Shown: positions 30,150-39,282, numbered from the stretch's first letter. The stretch: 64,000 nucleotides of DNA from an uncultured Bacilli bacterium (GCA_947629935.1 CANRFQ010000004.1:5403-69402); one strand, 5' to 3'. Notes: generated by a model from the sequence alone, not told the origin. Numbers and translations: made by a program.

Positions 30150-31016
30150 ATGGGAAATTTAGTAAATTCTTTAAAAAGGTTTTTAGGAAACAAAAACACA
30201 GTTACAATTATTGGGGTGTTACTTGGCGTAGTTGTACTATATTTTGGCTATCAATGGCGTGTAAATCAAGCTGTTTCACCTATAACAGTTCCATATGCAA
30301 AACAGGAGATAACTTCCAGAACATTAATAACTGATGAAATGATAGGAACTATAGATGTTCCTCAAAGCTTAGTTAATAGTAGTAACAATATAGTTACTTC
30401 AACGGCTAATGTTGTTGGAAAATATGTAACTTATGGAGCTATAATTCCAATGAATAGTTTATTTTACAATGAACTATTAGTTGATGAAGATAAAATGCCA
30501 GATTCAGCTTTTGCTGATATACCTGATGGTTACACCATTTATAGTTTATCAGTAGATTTACATTCAACTTATGGTAATTCAATATATCCAGATAATTATA
30601 TTGATTTATATATTAAAGCAAGTGATACTGATGGTAAAACAATTTTTGGTAAGATGATTGAAAGTATCAAAGTATTAGCTGTTAAAGATTCTCAAGGTCA
30701 ACATGTATTTGAAAGTGCCACGGAAACTAGACAACCAGCAGAGTTATTATTTGCTGTACCTAATAATATGTATTCATTACTTATGAAAGCGGGATATGTT
30801 CCAGAGGGAGGAATTGAAATAATTCCAGTACCTCGTAATGCTTCATATTCAGCTAATCCTGGCGATACGCAAGTATCTAGTGAATATATTCAAGAATTTA
30901 TCTTAAATCAATCTGTTATGTTACCAGATGAAGATTCTGAAGATATTGAAACTATTCCAAATAGTGGTGATAATACCAATAATAATACAAATGATACAAA
31001 TACAAAAAAAGATTAA
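30150..31016 (+). CDS. cpaB: Flp pilus assembly protein CpaB/RcpC-like (SAF domain)
   Basis: N-terminal TM, a SAF-like segment (VPYAKQEITSRTLITDEMIGTIDVP...VVGKYVTYGAIIPMNSLF), and a beta-clip segment (GYTIYSLSVD...IYPDNYIDLYI...IKVLAVKD). Confidence 0.7.
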   Translation: MGNLVNSLKRFLGNKNTVTIIGVLLGVVVLYFGYQWRVNQAVSPITVPYAKQEITSRTLITDEMIGTIDVPQSLVNSSNNIVTSTANVVGKYVTYGAIIPMNSLFYNELLVDEDKMPDSAFADIPDGYTIYSLSVDLHSTYGNSIYPDNYIDLYIKASDTDGKTIFGKMIESIKVLAVKDSQGQHVFESATETRQPAELLFAVPNNMYSLLMKAGYVPEGGIEIIPVPRNASYSANPGDTQVSSEYIQEFILNQSVMLPDEDSEDIETIPNSGDNTNNNTNDTNTKKD

Positions 31017-31032
31017 TTAAGAATAGAAAAGG

Positions 31033-32562
31033 GTGAAGGAGATGAATTCAATTTTTGACCAAATTGATTTTGGTCCAATAAATGAATTTTTACAAGATGA
31101 AGATATTACCGACATCTCCTATAGTAATGGCGGCCAAGTGTGGCTTAAAAGTTTAACTAAAGGAGTATTTAAAGTTGAACGTCCAGAAATTAATAATGCT
31201 TTAATGGAAAAAGTAGCTTTTCAATGTGCTAATACTATGGGTAAAACATTTAATATGGCTCATCCATTCCTTGACTCTGAAAGTGCAGAGTTACGTATGA
31301 ACTTTATCCATGAATCTATTGCAACTAATGGTATTGCTTGTGTTATACGTAAAACTCCTGCTAAAATTCGTTTAAATAAAGAAAAATTATTAAGTGAAGA
31401 ATACATGACTGAGAAATTACACAATTTCTTAGAGCAATGTGTTCTTGGTCATTGTAATATAATTGTTAGTGGAGAAACTGGTTCAGGTAAAACGGAATTA
31501 GTAAAATATTTGGCTTCTAAAACAAGAGAAAATGAAAAAATTATTTCTATCGAAGATACCTTGGAATTACACTTGGATCGAATATATCCAAATAGGGATA
31601 TAGTTGCTATGAAAACTAATAATATTGCTTCTTATTCTGACGTTTTGGTTACTTGTATGCGTCAGAACCCTATCTGGATATTACTATCCGAGGTTCGTAG
31701 TGCCGAAGCAGTTTTAGCTGTACGTAACTCAATTTCTTCAGGACACCATATCTTATCAACAATCCATGCTGATAAAGCTAGTAGTATTCCCATGCGTATG
31801 TACTCATTACTTGAGTCTTCGCAAGATACCGATCAATTCTTAGCTTCGATTCATAGATATGTCCAAATAGGTATTTATGTTAAAGGTTATTTTTCGAAAA
31901 AACTTAATCGTTTTCAAAGGGAAATTATTGAAGTTTGTGAATTCTATGTTGATGATAATAATGTTGCTAAGTCGAATATTTTATATAAAAAGACATTGGA
32001 TGGTCAAGTTACCATGAATAACCCAACTAAACAATTATTAGATTATTTAAGTATAGGTAATGTTTATTTACCAGAAGATACTTTTAATTTACATGGTGAA
32101 AACCCCGATGCTGATAAACCAAGTAGTTTAGAAAAGACTGCCGAGGTTAATGATATGTTAAATAACACTGAGGAAACTGAAGAACCTAAAGTAGAAACTC
32201 CTCAACCAACAGTAACAGTGGAGCCAATTCAACAACCAGTTAATGAACCGATTGTTCAGCAAAATCCTTCAATTGAGCAATCAAGTACTGTGGTAAATGA
32301 GAATATATCTAATTCTCAAGCAAATACTTTTACAGCAAATAATGAAGTAAGCCCAACTCCACCACCAGAGGAAAAAGTCGAATCCTTAAATGAAGAAGAA
32401 AGTTTTCAAGAGCTCACTTTAGATAATGTTGTACCTAATAATAATCCTCAGGCAAATATAACGGGAGTTCAAGAATTACAACCAACAATCGATGAAGTTG
32501 TGCCAAATATAAATAATCCCATTCCACCATTAGAACCAATTGGTGGAACCGATGTATTATAG
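31033..32562 (+). CDS. CpaF/TadA-type (VirB11 superfamily) secretion ATPase with long Pro/Gln/Asn-rich C-terminal tail
   Basis: Walker A VSGETGSGKTE, Asp box ISIEDTLEL, Walker B ILLSEVRSAEA and His box LSTIHA. GTG 31033 or ATG 31042 as start. About 150 aa of low-complexity tail. Confidence 0.8.
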   Translation: MKEMNSIFDQIDFGPINEFLQDEDITDISYSNGGQVWLKSLTKGVFKVERPEINNALMEKVAFQCANTMGKTFNMAHPFLDSESAELRMNFIHESIATNGIACVIRKTPAKIRLNKEKLLSEEYMTEKLHNFLEQCVLGHCNIIVSGETGSGKTELVKYLASKTRENEKIISIEDTLELHLDRIYPNRDIVAMKTNNIASYSDVLVTCMRQNPIWILLSEVRSAEAVLAVRNSISSGHHILSTIHADKASSIPMRMYSLLESSQDTDQFLASIHRYVQIGIYVKGYFSKKLNRFQREIIEVCEFYVDDNNVAKSNILYKKTLDGQVTMNNPTKQLLDYLSIGNVYLPEDTFNLHGENPDADKPSSLEKTAEVNDMLNNTEETEEPKVETPQPTVTVEPIQQPVNEPIVQQNPSIEQSSTVVNENISNSQANTFTANNEVSPTPPPEEKVESLNEEESFQELTLDNVVPNNNPQANITGVQELQPTIDEVVPNINNPIPPLEPIGGTDVL

Positions 32563-32578
32563 GAAGAGAGGTTAAAAT

Positions 32579-33472
32579 ATGATTTTAGTAATTTTATTAG
32601 TTATTACCGGTTTCATAATTGCTTATCGAATGAATGATGGTAAAAATGTATATCAATTTGTTACTAGAAGTGTTGCTTCTGCCTATAATAAATATGCGCC
32701 ATATAGTTTTAAAATGGTCAGGGAAAAAACAAAAGAATTAGGGCAAGAATATACAACTCGACAATACATTACCCAAGTTGCTATGTTTGCCATCGTCGCT
32801 GGTGGTATTGCTTATTTATATTTCTTTTCATTTATTTGGGCTTTAGTATATGCTTTTGTCGCTGTTATGTTTATTCCATATTTAGCATATCTAAGATGCC
32901 AAAGAGTTTATAGTGAATTTATCTTTGAACAAATTCAAACTTATACAACAAACGTTATTATGGAATTTAACACCACGCAAAGTTTTGTTAAATCTTTAGA
33001 AGGTGTTAGAGATTCGGGAGTTTTAGAAGATCCAATTCTAGGCGATGTTAAAAAGATGATTGAATTATCATATCAAAACGGAACTATTGATGAATCAATT
33101 AATTATTTTAATGAAAAATATCCATACTATATGGTCAAAAATATGCACCAATTATTTTTACAAATTACCAAAGAAGGTGCAATTGATTCGGGTGAAGCCT
33201 TAGAAAACATGGCAATGGATATTGATGCCTTGGTAGAAGGTGTTTATCGAGACAGAATGGATCGTAAACAATTCCATCGTAAATTCTTAACGTTTGGCTT
33301 AGCTTTATATTTCTTAGTATTAGCCATGATAATGCTTCTGGGTAAAGATAAATATATAGCCTTACTTGATTTATGGTATGTATCGTTAATATTACATGCA
33401 ATTATTTTAATAAATAGTTTCTTCCTTATGTCGGGCGAGAAATACTATAATGCTGATGTGGGGGTGGAATAA
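32579..33472 (+). CDS. TadB-like platform protein (T2SS-F domain)
   Basis: Topology is TM, then 2 TM, then a cytoplasmic helical domain of about 130 aa, then 2 TM. It lies immediately downstream of the ATPase, as in tad loci. Confidence 0.6.
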   Translation: MILVILLVITGFIIAYRMNDGKNVYQFVTRSVASAYNKYAPYSFKMVREKTKELGQEYTTRQYITQVAMFAIVAGGIAYLYFFSFIWALVYAFVAVMFIPYLAYLRCQRVYSEFIFEQIQTYTTNVIMEFNTTQSFVKSLEGVRDSGVLEDPILGDVKKMIELSYQNGTIDESINYFNEKYPYYMVKNMHQLFLQITKEGAIDSGEALENMAMDIDALVEGVYRDRMDRKQFHRKFLTFGLALYFLVLAMIMLLGKDKYIALLDLWYVSLILHAIILINSFFLMSGEKYYNADVGVE

Positions 33473-34260
33473 TGTACTTAGAAATTTTAGCTATGGGCGT
33501 TATTGTATTTTTTATAATGAATTATACTGGGCGTATAAATGCTAATAAATTTATTACTGATAACCAAGCATATTTTCAAAAATTAAAAGAGGATGATTGG
33601 GATTTCTATGTTCGTGCTAAATATGGAGAAAATGCTGATCCTAATGCGATGTTTAATAAAAGACTTCGCAATGGTCTTATTGGTATAGTAGCAGTATTAT
33701 TTTTCTTTATTAGTGAACTGAATTATATTTATATATTGGTAGCTTTATTTGCAGGAATTGCTTTGTTTAAACTAGATTATATTAATATAAAATCATTTTA
33801 TAAAAGGCATTTACATCAAATCGATATATTATTGCCCTATTATTTAAAGGGTTTAGAAATATTAATTCAACACTATACTGTTCCTGTTGCTTTAGCTAAA
33901 TCAATTGATGATGCGCCGGAAATATTTAAGTTAGGTTTAAAACAACTAGTTGAACAAATTAATGCTGGTGATTCTTCCATTGAACCATATATGCAATTTG
34001 CACGTGATTATCCCGTTCGTGATTCCATGAGGATGATGCGACTTTTATATCGTTTAAGTTTAGGTCGTCAAGAAAGAAAACAAGAGCAATTAGTAGCTTT
34101 TTCTAAAACTATATCAAATTTACAGTTAAAAGCTCGTGAAACTAAATATAAGGAACGTTTAGAAAAAATGGAAAGTAAAACTATGAGCATGTTAGTTTCA
34201 ACTGGTTTAGGAGTTATGATACTATTAGTTTTAGCTGTAATGATGATGATAAATGTATAA
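33472..34260 (+). CDS. TadC-like platform protein (T2SS-F domain)
   Basis: Same topology. The cytoplasmic segment LPYYLKGLEILIQHYTVPVALAKSIDDAP...INAGDSSIEPYMQFARDYP fits the T2SS-F repeat pattern. 1-nt overlap with the upstream gene. Confidence 0.6.
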   Translation: MYLEILAMGVIVFFIMNYTGRINANKFITDNQAYFQKLKEDDWDFYVRAKYGENADPNAMFNKRLRNGLIGIVAVLFFFISELNYIYILVALFAGIALFKLDYINIKSFYKRHLHQIDILLPYYLKGLEILIQHYTVPVALAKSIDDAPEIFKLGLKQLVEQINAGDSSIEPYMQFARDYPVRDSMRMMRLLYRLSLGRQERKQEQLVAFSKTISNLQLKARETKYKERLEKMESKTMSMLVSTGLGVMILLVLAVMMMINV

Positions 34261-34353
34261 AATTGGGTATTTGATACCTTTTTTTATTTAACTTTATATT
34301 TATTTAAGAAAAAAATTAGTGTATAATTTTTTTAGGTAGTGAGATGGTTAAAT

Positions 34354-36852
34354 ATGAAAAAAAATAAGAAGATTTTATTTTATTTTTTAAGTTTTTTAAT
34401 CCCTATAGCAATTTTTGGAATTATATGTTTTATAACAAAATTTTATCCTTTTGGAGAGAACCTTTTAAATAAATATGATTCTTATAAAATGTATCCATCC
34501 TTATTACTAGAATATATAAATAAATTTAGAAGTGGAAATTCATTATTATACACATTTCATGCGGCGTTAGGAACGAACTTTATCTCGTTGATTCATTTGT
34601 ACTTAGGAAGTCCGTTCAATTTACTGCTATTATTTTTTAAAAATGATCAAATATATCTTTTTTATTCCATTATTATTTTCTTAAAAATTGGCTTATCGAG
34701 TTTATGTTTATTTATATATTTTCAAAATAAAAATTCTAATAAGCTATTGGTGAATTTGGTTTTCAGTTGTATTTATGCCTTATCAGGTTTTTTAATAACA
34801 TATAACTATCACATAATGTGGAGTGATGCTTTTTATTTAACTCCTTTAGTATTGTTAGGTGTAGATAAATTAATAAGCAATAATAATCACATTTTATATC
34901 TTATTTTTTTAACGATTTCTATTATAATTAATTTTTATATTGGTTATATGATGTGCATATTTACTTTTATTTATTTCATATATCGTATTATTAATACTGA
35001 TTGTGATAAAAAAAAGATAATAATCGAATTTATTAAATATTCTTTAATAGCTGGACTAATATCATCGTTTGTTTTAATACCCAGCGCCATTGCAATCTTA
35101 AATGGTCGAACAATTTCAGAGTTTAGTCTTTTTTCAATAAACATAGCAAATTTAAAATCTTTATTTTACAATTTATTGCCGGCGTCTTTTATTATGACTG
35201 ATAATTATAACGAAGGTAGTTGTGTAATTTATTGTTCTATTTTTGTCGTTGTGTTAACAATATTTTACTTTTTTAATCAAAAATTTTCTAAAAAAGAAAA
35301 AATTACAGTTGGAGCCATTATTCTATTCTTTATTTTAAGTTTTATTTTAAGACCACTAGATTTGACATGGAATATGTTTGCTCAACCAGTATGGTGGAAT
35401 TCTAGATATGCCTTTTTGTTTAGTTTGTTTTTAATTATTATAGCTCATAAAACTTTTATAAATATAAATTATATAAAAATAAAACCTATTATTAAAAGTT
35501 TAATAATTATAATATTTATATTGTTATTTTTAACAAGTTTCACTTTAAAATTATATGGATCTGGCCAAAAAATCAAGACCTTTTACATCTTAGTAAGTTC
35601 TATAATATTATTTATATTATACATTTACTTATTAATAAAATTAAAAACCAAACGATTTATCATAATAATATTTGTGGTCGCCGAATTAACTTTTAATGCT
35701 TATTATTCCCTTAAAGTAGATAATGTTTTGAAAATTAGCGATACAAAAAAAGAAATGGAAAAAGTTAATAATAATTTAGATTTGATTAAAGATAATGACT
35801 TTTATCGCATTTATCAATATAACGATAAACAGTTTGACAGTGGATTATTTTATGGTTATAATTCAATAAATCTTTTTGCTTCTATATACAATAAAAAAAT
35901 AAATGATTTTTATGAAAATAAGCTTAATGGTGGAGCAAGTGTCAATCATACAGAATTACCTTTAACAAATATTGAAACATTATCTTTATTAAATGTTAAA
36001 TATATCTTATTTAATAATTTTAAAGATAATTTAAGTTGTTTAAATGAAAATGTTTGCATTAATAAATATAGTTTACCTTTGGGATTTCTAATTTCAAGTA
36101 AATCAACAATTAAATTAAAAAACAATGAACCATTAGATAATTTGAATAAAATATATTCTTATTTATTAAATGAAAATATTGATTTATATTATAAACCAGA
36201 CATCAATGTTAAGTTAAAAAATGTCAATGAGAAAAATAAGTATTTAATAATGCAGAAAGGAAAGAAAAAGGGCAAAATAACCTTAGAATTTATTTCGGAT
36301 TTTAATGGAGTTATTGCACCTAATAGAAATAATTTTTTCTATTTAGATGAGTGTTCTTATTATCTAAATGGCAAGAAAAGTGATAAAACTCTTTTTATGA
36401 ATGTAAAAAAAGGTGATAATATAAAAATTGTCTATAATTTTACTGGAGCAAGAGATGATGTAAAATTGCAAGATCTAGAGGTAAAAATATTAGATTTAAA
36501 CAAACTCCAAGAAATTTCTAATAAATTATCAACATATAAGCTTAACATAATAACAAATAACAAACATTTATTAACTGGTAGTATTGATAACAAACAAAAT
36601 CAAAAACTGTTTTTATCTATTCCATATGATAAAGGACTAATAATAAAAGTTGATGGTAAAAAAACACCATATAATATGGAATTTAACACCTTTATTTCTA
36701 TTAATGTACCAAAAGGAAAACACATAATAACCATAGATTATATTCCAATGGGAAGTAAATTAGGAATTATACTTTCTGAAACTACCTTTTTAGGTGTTTT
36801 AACATATGAAATGTGGAGGCTGATATGCAGAAAAAAGAAATATTATACATAG
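34354..36852 (+). CDS. YfhO family polytopic membrane protein (GT-C-type glycosyltransferase)
   Basis: About 13 TM segments followed by a large C-terminal extracytoplasmic domain. Size and N-terminal pattern (FYPFGEN...YDSYKMYPSLL) are typical of YfhO. Preceded by a weak hairpin/T-tract at 34266-34285 and a TATAAT at 34322-34327. Confidence 0.7.
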   Translation: MKKNKKILFYFLSFLIPIAIFGIICFITKFYPFGENLLNKYDSYKMYPSLLLEYINKFRSGNSLLYTFHAALGTNFISLIHLYLGSPFNLLLLFFKNDQIYLFYSIIIFLKIGLSSLCLFIYFQNKNSNKLLVNLVFSCIYALSGFLITYNYHIMWSDAFYLTPLVLLGVDKLISNNNHILYLIFLTISIIINFYIGYMMCIFTFIYFIYRIINTDCDKKKIIIEFIKYSLIAGLISSFVLIPSAIAILNGRTISEFSLFSINIANLKSLFYNLLPASFIMTDNYNEGSCVIYCSIFVVVLTIFYFFNQKFSKKEKITVGAIILFFILSFILRPLDLTWNMFAQPVWWNSRYAFLFSLFLIIIAHKTFININYIKIKPIIKSLIIIIFILLFLTSFTLKLYGSGQKIKTFYILVSSIILFILYIYLLIKLKTKRFIIIIFVVAELTFNAYYSLKVDNVLKISDTKKEMEKVNNNLDLIKDNDFYRIYQYNDKQFDSGLFYGYNSINLFASIYNKKINDFYENKLNGGASVNHTELPLTNIETLSLLNVKYILFNNFKDNLSCLNENVCINKYSLPLGFLISSKSTIKLKNNEPLDNLNKIYSYLLNENIDLYYKPDINVKLKNVNEKNKYLIMQKGKKKGKITLEFISDFNGVIAPNRNNFFYLDECSYYLNGKKSDKTLFMNVKKGDNIKIVYNFTGARDDVKLQDLEVKILDLNKLQEISNKLSTYKLNIITNNKHLLTGSIDNKQNQKLFLSIPYDKGLIIKVDGKKTPYNMEFNTFISINVPKGKHIITIDYIPMGSKLGIILSETTFLGVLTYEMWRLICRKKKYYT

Positions 36853-37781
36853 TTATCCCTTGTTATAATGAAGAAGAAGTAATAAGAGAAACTAGTAAAA
36901 GATTAATTAAAAAAATCAACCACCTTATTGATGCTAATTTAATTAGCTTAAAAAGTAAAGTAATGTTTGTTGATGATGGCTCGCAAGATAATACTTGGAA
37001 TTTAATTACCAGCATTCACAAAGAAAACGAATTATTCACAGGTATATTGTTGTCTCGAAATAGAGGACATCAGAATGCTTTATTAGCGGGGCTTATGGTG
37101 GCCAAAAAAGATGCTGATATAGTTATTAGTATGGATGCTGATTTACAAGATGATATAAATACTATTGATGAAATGTTAAAAGATTACTATGCTGGAAACG
37201 AAATAGTTTATGGCGTGAGAAAAAATCGAAATAAAGATAGCTTTTTTAAAAAAACATCTGCGCATTTTTTTTACAAATTTATGAAAAAATTAGGAGTAGA
37301 TATAATTTATAACCATGCTGATTATAGATTAACTAGTAAAAAAGTTTTAGATGAATTAGAAAATTTTAATGAAGTAAACTTATTTTTAAGAGGAATATTT
37401 CCATTAATAGGTTTTAAGCATTCAATCGTATATTACGAAAGAAAAAAAAGATATGCAGGTAAATCAAAATATCCTTTCAAAAAAATGCTCAATTTTGCTT
37501 TTGATGGAATAACTTCTTTTAGTATCAAACCAATTCGTTTAGTTTTAAATCTTGGTCTAATTATGCTAATTATTAGCCTAATAATGTTAATCTATAGTTT
37601 AGTAGTAAAATTTACAGGTCATACAGTAGATGGATGGGCTTTTATAGTTTGCTCGATATGGATAGTTGCAGGCATTCAAACATTAGCTATAGGTTTAATT
37701 GGAGAATATATTGGTAAAATTTACAATGAAACTAAACGTAGACCAAGATATATTATTGAAAAAAATTTAAGTGAAAAGTAA
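36825..37781 (+). CDS. GT2 polyprenol-phosphate glycosyltransferase (CsbB/GtrB-like)
   Basis: VIPCYNEEE, FVDDGSQD, DADLQD (DxD) and two C-terminal TM helices. GGAGG RBS before ATG 36825. Overlaps the yfhO-like gene. Confidence 0.85.
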   Translation: MQKKEILYIVIPCYNEEEVIRETSKRLIKKINHLIDANLISLKSKVMFVDDGSQDNTWNLITSIHKENELFTGILLSRNRGHQNALLAGLMVAKKDADIVISMDADLQDDINTIDEMLKDYYAGNEIVYGVRKNRNKDSFFKKTSAHFFYKFMKKLGVDIIYNHADYRLTSKKVLDELENFNEVNLFLRGIFPLIGFKHSIVYYERKKRYAGKSKYPFKKMLNFAFDGITSFSIKPIRLVLNLGLIMLIISLIMLIYSLVVKFTGHTVDGWAFIVCSIWIVAGIQTLAIGLIGEYIGKIYNETKRRPRYIIEKNLSEK

Positions 37782-37782
37782 G

Positions 37783-37812
37783 GTAATATTATAATAATGA
37801 TATTACTTTTTG
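37783..37812 (+). terminator. Rho-independent terminator after the GT2 gene
   Basis: Stem GTAATAT/ATATTAC (37783-37789 / 37800-37806) with a 10-nt loop, followed by TTTTTGTTT. Confidence 0.55.
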
Positions 37813-37813
37813 T

Positions 37814-38041
37814 TTGAAATTTTATAAAATAAATAATGAATTAAATATGACAGTTATAACAGTAGTAGCAATAGCAGCGGTAGCGGCTATATTCTACGCC
37901 TTTGTATGGCCAAGAGTAAAAGAATCAATTTCCGAGAACGTAAATAATACTACTCAGGGAAATACATCAGCAGCAACATCAGCAGATTGCTCACGTATTG
38001 GTGGTACTTGGAACAATAATACTAATCGATGTGATTTATAA
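37814..38041 (+). CDS. Flp-like pilin paralogue lacking leader, RBS and promoter (possible silent cassette or pseudogene)
   Basis: From ELNMTVITVVAIAAVA onward the N-terminus is DNA-identical to the next pilin gene, but the MKEATG leader is replaced by unrelated sequence. The TTG start lies inside the terminator T-tract, and no RBS is present. Confidence 0.4.
   Translation: MKFYKINNELNMTVITVVAIAAVAAIFYAFVWPRVKESISENVNNTTQGNTSAATSADCSRIGGTWNNNTNRCDL
37837..37886. repeat. Direct repeat copy 1 (49-50 nt perfect identity with 38216-38265)
   Basis: GAATTAAATATGACAGTTATAACAGTAGTAGCAATAGCAGCGGTAGCGG is present identically at both sites. Weaker similarity continues for about 25 nt (to TTTGTATGGCCA). 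Confidence 0.9.
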
Positions 38042-38042
38042 G

Positions 38043-38104
38043 CCGCTATAGCTGCTATTGATAGTAAAGTAGTGGCAATTTGCTACTACTGTTATTTCTG
38101 TCAT
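38043..38104. repeat. Inverted partial copy of the pilin N-terminal coding segment
   Basis: The reverse complement reads ATGACAGAAATAACAGTAGTAGCA...CAATAGCAGCTATAGCGG. That gives 15/15, 16/18 and 7/9 matches to 37847-37886, interrupted by a 20-nt insert. The local hairpin AGTAGTGGCA/TGCTACTACT lies at 38068-38090. Confidence 0.8.
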
Positions 38105-38134
38105 GTAAAGCTGCAAAAAAAAATTGAAATTATA

Positions 38135-38163
38135 TTGATAATTAAACAAAAAAAAGTTATAAT
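38135..38163 (+). promoter_or_regulatory. Consensus sigma-A promoter TTGATA-17-TATAAT for the major pilin gene
   Basis: TTGATA at 38135-38140, a 17-nt spacer, and TATAAT at 38158-38163. Followed by RBS AGAAGGAG and ATG 38199. Confidence 0.6.
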
Positions 38164-38198
38164 ATTAATGTATTATAGAGAAGGAGTGAATGTAATTT

Positions 38199-38474
38199 AT
38201 GAAAGAAGCAACTGGTGAATTAAATATGACAGTTATAACAGTAGTAGCAATAGCAGCGGTAGCGGGTATTTTTTACGTGTTTGTATGGCCAGCTATACAA
38301 GATAATTTACAAGCAAGAACTGCTTGCTCTCAAGGACCAAATACAAAAAATGATATAGGATCTGGTAGTCAAGGATATATTTCATGTAATGCAGCAAGTG
38401 GTGGTTCTTATACATGTACATATACTAATGCTAAAGGAACCAATAAAACAACTACATGTACACAAAATTTATAG
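38199..38474 (+). CDS. Flp-like pilin (probable major pilin), 4 Cys, Ser/Thr-rich C-terminus
   Basis: MKEATG leader followed by the hydrophobic helix ELNMTVITVVAIAAVAGIFYVFVW, then a small Cys- and Thr-rich globular part. It has its own strong promoter and RBS. Confidence 0.65.
   Translation: MKEATGELNMTVITVVAIAAVAGIFYVFVWPAIQDNLQARTACSQGPNTKNDIGSGSQGYISCNAASGGSYTCTYTNAKGTNKTTTCTQNL
38216..38265. repeat. Direct repeat copy 2 (see 37837-37886)
   Basis: Perfect 49-50 nt identity, read directly from the sequence. Confidence 0.9.
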
Positions 38475-38519
38475 TTAATTTAAATTTTTAATAATATTAA
38501 CATAAGGAGAAAATAAGAT

Positions 38520-38756
38520 ATGAGAGAAGCGACAGGAGAGCTAAATATGTCTGTAATAGTAATAACTCTAGTAGCAATCCTAGTAGCTTTTTTCTATGGA
38601 GTAATATGGCCGATGATTGATAAGAGTCAAGAAGCGCAAATGAATTGTAGTAAAGCAGTTTGTGAAAAATCTGCTGATTCTGATGGTTATGTCAATTGTA
38701 CATATTCTAAAAAGGATGGAACAACTTCTAATATTCAATGTAAATATAAGGGATAA
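38520..38756 (+). CDS. Flp-like pilin paralogue, 4 Cys
   Basis: MREATG leader followed by ELNMSVIVITLVAILVAFFYGVIW. AAGGAG RBS. Confidence 0.6.
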   Translation: MREATGELNMSVIVITLVAILVAFFYGVIWPMIDKSQEAQMNCSKAVCEKSADSDGYVNCTYSKKDGTTSNIQCKYKG

Positions 38757-38766
38757 AGGTGGTTAA

Positions 38767-39273
38767 ATGAGAGAGTCGATAGGTAGTGCAGGCTTATTTC
38801 AAATTGTAATGGTGTTATTGCTTCTTTTTACGGCTTACTTTTGTTTGTCAATAAATTATACGGCAGCTTATAAAGTAACAGATTCTATAAATAATCAAAT
38901 AAAAAAAGATGATGGAATTAACCCAAAGGAAATAGCTAATGTTTTAAAAGAAGCACACTATACATCTTCTGGACTTTGTAACAAGTGTAACGCTGCTGGA
39001 GAGTGTGAAGAAGGATGGACACCTTTCCTTTTAACTGGAGACAGTCCAATGAATGTAAATGACCAAGCTAATTATTGTATAAAAAAAATAAAATCTACTT
39101 CTTCAAGTAAAGATTTACCTGAGTTATATTACTACAAAATAAAAGTATTTTATAATATAGAAGTTCCAATTATTAATCAATTTAATTTTAATATTCAAGT
39201 TAATTCTTCAAATATCTATACGCCGAATGAAACAGACCCAGATTATGTTAAACTTACGGCTTATAATGAATGA
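38767..39273 (+). CDS. TadE-like pseudopilin, 4 Cys
   Basis: MRESIG leader followed by the hydrophobic helix SAGLFQIVMVLLLLFTAYF. Size and position after the flp-like genes match tadE/tadF. Confidence 0.5.
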   Translation: MRESIGSAGLFQIVMVLLLLFTAYFCLSINYTAAYKVTDSINNQIKKDDGINPKEIANVLKEAHYTSSGLCNKCNAAGECEEGWTPFLLTGDSPMNVNDQANYCIKKIKSTSSSKDLPELYYYKIKVFYNIEVPIINQFNFNIQVNSSNIYTPNETDPDYVKLTAYNE

Positions 39274-39282
39274 GGTGAAGTT

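Noticed and set aside
30128-30334. 68-aa ORF overlapping the start of the CpaB-like gene
   Set aside because: It is out of frame with the well-supported cpaB-like CDS, which has a proper GGAGG RBS at 30138-30142.
37837-38104. Interpretation of the pilin repeats as an R64-type shufflon (site-specific inversion switching C-termini)
   Set aside because: No Rci-like or other recombinase is present in the window. Inversion between 37847-37886 and 38043-38104 would place non-coding antisense sequence after the constant region rather than an alternative in-frame C-terminus. Homologous recombination or gene conversion remains possible (see finding).
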